DNA of 64,000 nt from an archaeon (GTDB lineage Archaea > Nanobdellota > Nanobdellia > Woesearchaeales > GW2011-AR15), in NCBI GenBank assembly GCA_043801855.1, contig JAZDLQ010000098.1, positions 2,356 through 66,355 on the forward strand, given 5' to 3'. The position numbers and the translations under genes were made by a program. Position 1 is the first letter of the stretch, and each line of letters opens with the position of its first letter. A model generated the notes under the pieces. It made no database searches and was not told the origin of the DNA. It saw only the letters and a program-made list of their open reading frames with translations. This document shows, one piece after another, positions 44,945 to 56,900 of this stretch.

Positions 44945-47900
44945 GTTCCTTTATTAGGGTCAATCGTCCATGTTCCATTTTGTGCTGCCTCAAAATAATA
45001 TCCTTCAAACGGCTTTAGCGAAAATGAAGGGAGCCACCATGCGCCATATCCCGGGTAATATACCCTGAAAGCAGCCTCAAAAAGATCAGCAATGTTATCG
45101 TATTTGACTATTGTTGTAACACTGTGCTGCGGCGAAACATCAATCGGGTTTAAGGAAGATTCATTGTAAAGCTGTGGTATTCTCGCAGAGTGCCATCCGA
45201 CTACATTCCACTCCATAATAAGAGGAGCAGTCAAATTGTATATTGGAACAATTCCTGCAAAACTCACATTGCATACTGAATCTGCCTCTGCCCAGTACCC
45301 TTTTTGCGGACCAAGGGTTTTGAATTCATATGAGCCTACTCCTCTGTGCCACTCATCTGCGCTATGATCTAATCGCTCAAAAGCCTTATCTGACGAATTA
45401 TAACGCCACAACGATAGTATGCAATTGTCAGGGTAAGTAAAAATATCAACTCCATTATTAGTCCCATTATAAAGCAGCCAGTTTGATAAGTTAAATGGAA
45501 TGCTTATTAGATTCCAGCCAATATCAATCTCAAGAGTTTGTATTCCGGCAATCTCTGTTGCATTGCCGGTCTGCCCTCCTCTTACCGCAGCGACAAGATA
45601 ATATTTTTTCTGTGAAATCCCTGTTGAATCTGTCCAGTTAAGGTCAGTTATTTCTGATGTTTCTGGTGTATCAGAAAATCCTTGTGAATAATTTGTCGTT
45701 GTGTAGATACTATATGAGTCTGCATCAAGGGCAGATGTCCAGTTTATTCTTACTGATACATTATCATCATTTATATTTATCTCAACATGGTGCGGGCCTT
45801 TTCTGTCGATTGTAATGTTATATGCTGTTGAATTTGCGCCGATATTTCCCACTGTATCATTTGCATTTGCCATAACTTCATAGTTAAGGCCATCAGGCAC
45901 AAGCGCAAGATTCCACGTGCAGCTATATGGCTGTCTGTTATCAGAACATGCAAATTCCCAGGAAGAATTTGATAATATTTTGTAATAAAACTTTACTGTA
46001 TCCACATTTAACAACGAATCAATTGCCGTTGCGCTTAAAACAAAAGTGTTTTGTGTTATATTTGTATAATTAACTGGATTTGTAATGTTTGTTTGCGGGC
46101 CAGCTAAATCTATTGTAAAATTATATGTTTGTGTTGCATTAGTATTATTAGAAAGATCAAAGCATGAAACATTCCAGAAATGACCGCCTTCATTAAATCC
46201 AGAAATCGTATAATTTACTGCCAGGTTTCTCTGGGATATAATCGTTGCATTAGTAGTCCCATCAATTGTCAAGTTGCAGGTAAGGTTACTTGATAGGTCA
46301 TCAATTGGTGTCCAGTTAAAGTTAATGAAGCTTCTTGATATGTTTAAATGATTTTGAGGATAATTTATTATTGCATAAGGTGTAATTGTATCAGGAAGAT
46401 TAAAAATAGAAGCATCTGTACTTCCACTTGCATACGATGTATCATTTAAGTAAAAATAGACAGGATACCTTGCAGAATGGTTGACTGAAATATTGACAAC
46501 ATAATAAAAGTAACCTGTTGCTCCTGCGTTAAGAAATCCTCCCTTTGAAGCGTTCCATGTAACGTTCCCATTTGAAAAATTGCCGCTGCTCCTATTGGTA
46601 CCATCACTTAAGCGATACCATATGTCTCCGCTTGCATTAAGTCCCCATGAAGAATTTAATCCTCTATGATAGATTTGGTCGTTTGATGCAAGAGCCCATC
46701 TTCTTCCGCTATTATATATGGCAAACTCCATCCTATAAGTGTTTCCTGGAATCAGTGTGAATGTTGTATTTAGTCCCTGGCTTACAAAAGTTCCTCCTGT
46801 ATGCGAGTCAATATTTCCAGTTACATTGTATACACTAATTGATGTGATATTTGGTAATGTTCTTCCAGCACCCCCACCAAATGAGTCAAAGCCAGTTACG
46901 TTAATTAAAAAGTGAGTTGTGTTTTCATAAAAAGGATACTCACTTGTTTCATTTAGCTCAAAAATATTGCAAACACCATTTGAAAAATTAAAATCAGTGC
47001 AATGCATTATTGTATTTACATCAAGCCCTGATTTTGGTATTGCAAGAGATGCTTTTGTATAATTGATCAATGAATCATTTATTGATATTAATGGCGTGAT
47101 ATTTATTATATTTTGCGGCAAAGAAAAAGAGTAGTTTTCAGAAATAACTGGAGTTAAGTTTACTGGAGCAGACATTGAGATATTAAAAATTTCGTAGTTT
47201 AATACGCCTTTTGAAAGAGAAAATATAGATAATACTGAAATATTAGGCAAGGTTATGTATCTAAAATAATCGCCAGTTACGTTATCCAGAATTGTTCCTG
47301 TTGCATTTTTTATAAAAACTCTAGGTGAGTATGCGCTTAAGTCTGGCCTTAGGTTTCGAAGGCTTAAGTACTTGTCTGTGAATGGAGTGCATGGTTTTGA
47401 GAGATGTGATTTATGTGTTACATTTATCGCAAGGTAGTCAATAAGAAGCGCATCATCAGAAAAACCTGCCTGCGTGAAATTAAGCTTAATCCTTATCTTA
47501 ACAGTATAATTACTTATAAAATCATTAAAAGACCGATTTATCTTAAGTTCAAATCTTCTTCTTGCATCACTGCTATCACTTACTGGAAGGCTTGTCATAT
47601 TCTGCCAGACACTTGCAGAAAAATTATATATCATGAAATCCTGGCTACCTGTTGTTGCGCCCTCATGCGGAAGGCCTGCGCCGCACAAAGGATTAAGCTG
47701 TGCGCCAGAGTGGCAGTAATCCATTGTTATTGAAAAATTCTGGATTCTTGGAACATCAATTCCTGTTGCTGAAAGATTAAATGTGTAATTGATAAATCCC
47801 TGAAAATTAGTTGCGTAATCTGCGCCGCCAATGTATTCGTATACATTATCAAGAGAGGATGTGCTTGAGACACTTCCGCCTGCAATATTATAAGACTGCT

Positions 47901-50900
47901 CTTTTGCAGATTCAGCTGCATTATGCGCTGAGGTGTTTTGGTAAAGGTGTGTTACATTAAAAGTTGCATTAGCATTTAGCGATGATACTGTGTCGTCAAA
48001 TGATTGTATAAAATATTCCCCTTCGCAGATGTCACTTGTGTTAAAGATATGATTGATACTTCCTTCATTATTAAATAAAATATTTTTTGGAAAAAAGCCT
48101 GCAAATAAGGACCTGTTTATTGTACTTATCAAAAGCCTTCCAATTCCGCTTGCTGTATAATAGTTTCCAGTGATATTTATTGTATTTGATTGGTCATACT
48201 CATCAAGGTTTGTATCTAGTGTTGCAATCCTAAGAACTGTAAAACCAATCGAGATATTTTCTTTGCGGTCGTTTGGATTATATGCGCTTAAATTATATTC
48301 TGCAACATTTTGTGATGACACTCTTGTAAGCCAGAGGTCAGTTATTGCACCATCTGCTGTTGCAGTTACATTTTTTGGGTATCCACTGATGTTTTGTCCT
48401 GTTGAATTAGTAATGTTTAACGTTATTTTTGAATTTCTTTTCCAATATGCTCCTGTAAAATAAACTGTTTCGCCAACTACATAAGAGTCCTTGTTTTTTG
48501 AAAGCTCCTGGCGAACAATTGAAAAAACAGATGTGTTAAAAAGATTTGAGTAATTTGTATCAGTTGCATTTATCGTATAATTTGAAATGCCAAATTCCAA
48601 AACTAATAGCGAATCATTTATGCTTCCAGTTGAATTTGATAAAATCTCTTTTGGATAAGATGGAAGGCGATTAAATGAGGAATCATAAATATCAAGCAAA
48701 ATTACAGAATCAGATGAGAATCCATGCCCTGAAATAGTAATATTATCTCCTTCTTTATACCAGGAATAATCCGCAAAGATTTCAACAGACCTATTTTCTA
48801 TGGTAAAAGTGAAGTCATCATTTTTTAGCCCGATGTCGGCGTCTATCGCATAAATTTTATATGCCCCTGAAGAAAGATTATACAAAGACTGCCATGTGAA
48901 ATTAAAGTATCCTGTTGCATTTGCAGTATAATTTAATGGGCCAAAAATTATTGAATTTTCGTTGTTAGTTATGTTTATTGTGACATTTGAATCAGGCTCC
49001 CAGTTGTAGCCAATAAATGTGATTATATCTCCCTGCTGATATGATTGGAAAGGCGATTCAATTATTGAAGATACTATAGTAAATGAAACATTTGCAGAAA
49101 GATTAGTATTTGCTTCATCTGTTGCATTAAGAGAGTATTGCCCAAGTGCGCTAAATTCTGGCACAAGCCAAGTGTCAGTTATGTCTCCTGTTAAATTTGA
49201 TATGATTGTTTTAGGATAGCCGCTAACAATATCAAAAGTTGTATTGTATAAAGTTATATTTATGTTAGATTGAGATGAAAATCCACCTGCTATGATTCTT
49301 ACAGTTTCGCCTTCTATATAATCTTCTTTATCTGTAAAAAGATATGAATCTTGCGGCTGCACAATATAACTTGCTTTTTCTGTTGAATTTATTTTTTCTA
49401 AAATATCAATCGCATAAATTGTCACATTATATATTCCAATCAAAATATTGCCATCAAAAATACCTGAATAAATGCTGTCAAAATCATCATCGAGAAGTGC
49501 AATTTCATAAACTGAAGCATTTGGAAGTGCAATTATTGCGTTTACTCCATCAACTCCAAGAGAATCTGTTACATTAGCGCTGATAATTACACTATAGCCA
49601 AGTTTCTGCGGATTAGGTGTGATTGTTATATTTTTAACTGTTGGAATAAACTTGTCAAGCGCAAGGCTTATTTCTGTATCATTAACACCTATATTTCCAA
49701 GCGAATCGTTTGCAAATGCTATTATTTCATAGTTCATTCCCTCTGAAAGCGGAATTGTTGAAAAGCTGCATTGATATGGGTAAGTTGTATCTATACAAAT
49801 TTGGCTTAATGCAGATGTTGAATTAAACCTGTAATAAAACCTAACAGCGCCAATCTGGCTATTATTGTCATTTACTGTTGCATTAACAATCATTGTTTGG
49901 TATGTGATATTTCCGTTTGCCTGCGGATAGTCAATTAAAATTACTGGGCCCTGCCTGTCAATTGTGATATTATATAAAGTATGGTTTGCCCCAATATTTC
50001 CAACAGTATCATTTGCAATTGCAATTAATTGATAGTTTCTTCCATCAGGCAATAGTGTTGTATTCCAGGTACATTGATATGGCTCTCTTCCATCTTCGCA
50101 TATTAGTACAGAATCATTTGTTTGGTTTTCTTTGTAGTAAAAAAATACAGTATCAACATCAGTATATGAATCATTTGCTGTTGCATTTATAATAATTTCA
50201 TTGACGCTTATATTTGTAAAGTTTCGTGGATAGCCAAATAATACGTTTGGTCCATTGTAATCAACTATTAAATTCTTAATCGTTGAATTTAGCTTGTTGT
50301 TAAATGCGTCTGCTGCTTCGATTCTGTATGTATGGTTTCCCTGGGAAAGCGAATTAAGTTCAAGAATTACAGGTGTTCCATTTACTGCGCTTCCATTCTG
50401 GCCGTTACGCCTGCCATCAACATAAATAAAATAGCTTAATGCAATGTCAATGTCATCTATTAATGTGAAATTAACAACTGGCGTTGCGTTTGTCGTGTTG
50501 TAATAGTCAACCGGTGAGCTAATTGTTGTATTAGGAGCTGCGATATCAAAAGCATCGCATGTAAAAAATTCCTGGAAGTCTCCTGAAAATGATGTTACAT
50601 TTGCAGACCACAGGTGATAACCTGTAATGTTAAAGTTGTCCCACCAGCATAGATCACCAGCATTGTTTGACTTCGCCCCTAAGTGAATCTCAATTGCTTG
50701 TGCATTAAGATTAATTGCAGTATTATTTATAATTGTTGCAGAATATGGATCATATAATGTTGAAAGTGGAGCTGTTGCGTATGTGTTGCATGCATAGCCT
50801 TTATAGGTTGAAGCATCCTCGCAGTTGCAATCTGTTGCTCCACCATCACATTGATAAAGCTGTGCATTTGTAAGAGTTCCGTCTCTGGCCCAAACCCTGC

Positions 50901-53900
50901 AATATTCAGTAGCTTCAAGGCTTCCGTAAAACCCATACCAGCTTATTTTTACATCAAAGCACTGCTGACCACTGCACGCAATTCTTGGATCAAAAGTGTA
51001 CCAAAGGCCCCTTGCTGCATCAAATGTATCCCAATCCTCCATCTGAAAGGCTGCTGTTCCTGCATAAGCGCTGTCTTCTGAGCATAAAAAATAATCAGTT
51101 CCCCTGTTATCGCATCCGTTAAAATCACTCCATGGACTGTATCTGGTGCAATTATCTCCAGTTGTACATGTCGCTAGCCTTACCTGGCTTAACGGGCTTG
51201 CCCATGGCGCATCTTCAAAATCTTCATACATCAATTGCATTTCAAGGAGTGGAATTTGAGTATAATTAGGGTTTGATGCAAGACTATTATTATAGTAAAA
51301 ATAATAATTGCTCTCGTTTATTGCAAGCGCAGATATATTTCCGATAAATATTATGTCACAATATGTTGAATTATCTCCCCCATAAATATTAAATGGAACT
51401 GCTACACCTGTTATTGTTGAGACAACTCTTGTTTCATTTTCACAATTTCTAATATATCCGCCAAGGCCAGTAATGTTTACATAAATAGGCATATCAATTT
51501 TTGGCTCAGAAAGTGCATTTGATAGGTATATTGGCTTTCTTTTTTCCCATGATGAATTCCACCAGTCCCGCACAACAAAAGTGTCAGAAGCATTCAACAC
51601 ATTTGGGTATACAACATCAGTTCCTGTAACTTTATATGTGCCGCCGCAGTATTCGCTGATATTCCATGTAAAATTCATCTGGCCTATTGCGTCTGTCTGA
51701 ATCAGCCTTGGATATCCGCGTGCAATGCCTCCATTGTCAACTGAAAAAATTGAAACAGACACATTATTATCTGGAGAAAATGACCTGCCTGAAATATTTA
51801 CAAGCTCAAGAGAGAGATAATAATTTTTATCAGTAGCAATTGTCGCTGTTTTTAATACAGTAATATTAAGTGAAACTGCATCAGTTGGGTTGTTAAAATC
51901 ATATGCAGAAACATTAAAACTGGTTGCTGCAAAACCAATTGCCCTTGCAGTCCATGACGAACTTATAACACCTTCTGCATTTGCAGTCACATTTTTAGGA
52001 TAACCTGATTCTGAACTGCCTGATGAATTAATTATATCAAGTGTTATTGTTGAAGAACTATCCCAATAAAGCCCGCTTATTAAAACTGTTTCCAAATCAT
52101 CGTATACATTTTGATCAGTTGAAATATTTACTCCAACAACTGCAAAAAAAACCTCACTTGACAAATGCTCATAGGTTGCATCAGTTGCATTTATCGTATA
52201 ATTTCCAATTTCGTATCCATCTGTATTTATTGTGTAATTAAATTCGCCAGACTCATTTGTCTGAAGATAGACTGGATAATCTGGCATGACTGCGCCTGTT
52301 TCATCATATACATTAAACTCTAAAGACGTAAGGTTTGAAAACCTGCTGCCTGTTGCATTCAAAAGCTGCCTCCTCCTTACCCAGCTTCTATCCAATTGCA
52401 GAAATGTCTGCCTTTGTGTGATACTAAAAGTGTATTGGTCATATTTTCCTGGATCATTTGGCTCATATGCAAATATTGTATACTCACCAACAATATAATC
52501 AAAATCCAAGAACCATAATTCACTGACAAAGCCTCCTAAATCTGCGCTCAGGCTACTTGGGCCATACACAATATCCCCATTTGGATTAGTTATATTAACT
52601 TCAACTATTTCTCCAGGGTCCCATTGGTATCCAGATATATTTATCCATGAGCCTTGCTCTGTTATTGTTATGTTTGCTTCAATTACAGCTAGAACAACTT
52701 CAAGGGTTGCGTTGGCTGAAAAAGATGAGTCAATTAAATCTGTTGCATTAAGAGCATATATTCCAACTAAAAATCCTGCGTCAACAAGAAAGTTCTCTTC
52801 AAAATTCCCAGTTGCATTAACCGTTGCATTAATAGGGTAACCTAAAACCGGGTCTCCTGATGGGTCAAAAATACTTAAGCTAATATTATTGCCTGGAATA
52901 AACCCTCTTCCTGTAATGACTGCATATTCATTCTCTACGTACTGAGGCTTGTCTGTTGCGATTCCAAGAGCTCCAAGAGTCACATTAAAAAATAAATTTT
53001 CAGTGATATTGGAATTGCCTAGGGTATCATTTGCAAAAATTGAAAAATTATATGTCCCAAGCAATGTTGTGTCTGCAAAGCTTAGAAGATAAACATTATC
53101 AAAATTTGGATCAGAAATTGAATAGTTAAGTGTTGTACTGTTAGGGAGTGTTACTGAAAAAATAACTCTATCAATGCCAAGCATATCAACAATTGTTGCG
53201 TTGATATTTACAGGTGTATTAATAATTGATTCAACTGAAGAAAAAAGAATACTTTGCACAATTGGCGGAGTTTTATCAAGTGTAAAAGTGTAATTGTATG
53301 TGAACCAATCGCTTTTCGAAGGATTTGAATTATCTATGCAAAACACATTCCATTCGTATGCACCGTCTGTCCCTATCGCATAACTTATATTTGTCGGTAT
53401 GTTATTTTCAATATTGCTGCTTGAGGCAATAATTGACCAACCTGAATTATTCAAATATATTGAGCAGTTTGCAAGCCCTATATCATCTGAGACTGTAAAA
53501 TTAAAGTTGATTGGCATACTAGAAATGTTTGAGCCGTTTTGCGGAAAATTAAGGCTGCTTATGTTTGGAGGGGCATTGTATCTTGAATAATCAAGCGAAG
53601 CATATCCGTAATATTCCCTGTTTCCGGCTGTGTCAATTGTTACAGTTGGCTCAATCATACCACAGCTTGTATTATCAAATGTTGTCCCAGTCCATCTTGT
53701 ACAATGAAACTGTGTTGGCGAAACCGCACCGTAGCTTAAGCTTAAGCTTGTAAAAAGCATCTGGTCATTTTCAGGGTTTAAAATTAACCTCATTGAAGAT
53801 GTTAGATTGTTTGTTTTAGACATTCCTGTTAAATCTCCTGTCTGCCAGTCAGCGAAGTCAAACCTATCTGTTGCTCCCAAGAATCTTCCCCATTCAGGTG

Positions 53901-56900
53901 TCACTCCTTCTGCTCCAGCATCAGCCCATGTCAATACAGCAGTATTTCCATCATGCTCCCACTGGCAGGCTGCGTTAGAGTCTATTCCGAGAAGTGTTGA
54001 TGAGTCCTGGGATGGCGCGCCATCAACAATTAGCTCAGTGCCATTCCAGTAAGTTCCATCCCTATCAGAATCTTGGTCAGTTGACATAACAATTATCTTA
54101 TCGTGCGGCAGATTTCCTGTTACAGGCGTTTCGCCGCAGGTATCAATTATCCTTACTTCAGCTCCAAGGTCAGTATTATTCCATATTCTGCCTAAATCAT
54201 TCCAGGTTGTGCCATTAAATTCATAAGCCCACATCCCGTCAACTGCATCTCTTCCTAAGAAACACATAAGCTCCCCGCTTACTCCTTCCCATGCGCAGCT
54301 ACTGGTTTGCCTTGCCACATCAGGATTATCATTAAATAATTCCTGCCAGTTGTCAAATGCAGTCCCGTTCCATATTGCTGCCTCATATTCTCCGCCGTTT
54401 GTCTGCTCGTTTTGCAAAACGATTCCAATATCATTTGAGCCGTATTTAGGATAGAGATTTATAAACCTGAATTCAAAATTAAAAGCATCACTAACAGTTA
54501 CTGCAGTTGCTCCTGACAATACACCGCTTGTTGCATTATAAATCCTATATGAAAACTGGTTATTGTTACCAGCTACTGTTTCATAGACAATTAAGCAATT
54601 TCCCGATAAATCTTCGCACTCAACATCAAATTGCACATAGTTATTGTCAACTACTCCAAGTGTTAAGTTATTGCTCCATGAGTTATTGTTTTCGTAGTAT
54701 ATTAAAAAGTCAATTGAATTGTCCAGTTGGTTGCTTAAGTATAAGCACTCTGGCCTATCGCGCAGGCATCTGATTTTTTGCCATGCAGGAACGCTATTTA
54801 AGTTTGGGCCTGACTGCTCAATACCCATTGTATTGTCTGATGAATTCCATAATGCATATTTTATTATGTTAGCATTTGTTGTGTCTTTGTAAACAACAAT
54901 TGCTGAAACAGCGCGTGGGTCAATTGCGATAAACCATGGCCTTGCCTCTTCGAAAATGTTATTTCCATATGAAATTTCAGATGGACCTATTTCATAAAGC
55001 GCAGGAGATTCTTTTGGAGAATTAAAGCGGTATGAGACTAAAGAATTTTTTGTAAGATTGCTCCATATAAGATAAGTGCTGCCATTTCCTGCTTCTAAAA
55101 CTGCATTTCCATATTCAAACACATCAAATGATTCAGGTATTTTTTCTCTTATTGAATATTCCAAAACATCGATTTTTGGAATGATATTCAATTTAGCTTC
55201 ATATGTGCCATGCCATGGATCAATCACATGCGGCATTTTTCTGATTATATCAAACTCAAAAAAATCTCTGACTTCAAAATTTGTTAGCACTGTCTGGTTT
55301 AGGTTTTGCCCTGTTGCTAATACATAAAGAGAATACTCTCCTATAATCTGTGGCTCAGAAAAAGTTGCCTCATAAATGCCTTTACTTTTTTTAATTATTG
55401 AGCCGTAATCAGTTGACAATTCATACGTTATATTGTTTGGAGAAATTATTGATAATGTAACATTTGCATTCTCAGAAAGATAGCCAAACTTATCAAGGGC
55501 AACAATTGTTAATTTTACAGATTCACCTGGGTGATAGAGTGATTTTTCTGTATTTATTGAGGCAACGCCTACTTCAACAAACGCAGGATCATTGTGTGAT
55601 ATATTTATTGAATATTCCTGCCCGGGAATTAAATCCATTATCTTATGCCAGCTTCCATAGCACGTTCTTTCTGTAAAATTCCAGCCAGGGCATTTCCAAA
55701 GTTGTGTGCCAAGTGCAGCTCCTTTTATCTCTGCCTCTTCAAAATTAGCTTCTGTTGGGTCGATTGCAAATTCCCTTAGGCTAAACTTGCTTTTTTCGCT
55801 GTATGCGCCTTTTGGCAAACTGTCAATTTTAAGGTTAAATCTTTTTGATGAATCAACTCCAGTAAATTTTACATTCATGCCTTTGATCGCATCTGTTTTT
55901 ATTGTAAAATTTCGTTTGCCAGAAAATATAGGAGGGAGCGCGGATATAGAAACCGATTTTTGAGGGAATGGCTCTAATTCCAAATCGCTCCCGCCTACAG
56001 TATCCATTAAAGGATCATAATTGATTTCAAAGGAGATATTTTTTCCAGATGCGTCAGTCAATATTATTTTTTCAGAAACATTAATGTCTGAAGTGTTGCC
56101 AATTGTTACATTAGGCAAAATTACTAATCCTTCGATTGAACTATTTTCATTTAAACTTTGATTAATTGCCTCATTGTCAAGTGCAACATCTGTTTTGTTA
56201 ATACTTAATGCAGAATCATCTTGTTCTGGAATTATTGGCTCTGTTTTTTCTCCAACATAAAATGAGGCATTTGCAATCATCAGATTATTTTTTATTAATG
56301 ATAGCTCATAAAAACCAGAGTCTTTTGGAATAAAACTAATGCTTTCAAATAATTCTTCCATCCTATATGTTCTAGATGATGAGCTAATGACTAGTTCTGT
56401 ATCAGATAGGTTATTTGATTTTATAGAGATAAAAACTGTTTCGCTTTTTTTATACTCTTGCTTATCTGTTAAAATTTCTGCCTGCATGATAATTTCATCA
56501 TCAGGTTTATCATCATCAGGTTTATCATCATCAGGCTTGCCATCAAGCTTATTAATAGAATTGTTATCAGGAAATTTTTGCTGTGATGTACCAGAGGTAT
56601 AGAATTCCATTGAGTCAATGAGAATTGTTCCATTGAATGCTTCGATTATGTATTTACCACTTGATTTCAATGGAAGAGATAACTCAATTGCAGGAATAGA
56701 ATCAAACCGATAAACCCTGTTTGGAGATATTACTCTTAATGAAATATTTTGAAGTTCTGGCAGATTTAATATTATTTTTATATTTGAACCCTGCAAAAGA
56801 TTATCATAACCTATTGCAATTATTTCTTTTTCACTTGTCAGAAGATTGCCATCAGATGAAAAAACAGGAATAGCTGCAACAAAAAACAGCGCTGCTATAA

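Noticed and set aside
45000-56900. About 25 short ORFs (60-106 aa) on either strand nested within the 4008-aa gene span (e.g. 47413-47733, 53807-54052, 55706-55963), and similar ones inside the 1367-aa and 1018-aa genes.
   Set aside because: All are nested within a long, clearly coding frame. They have no start context or motifs and are treated as frame shadows.
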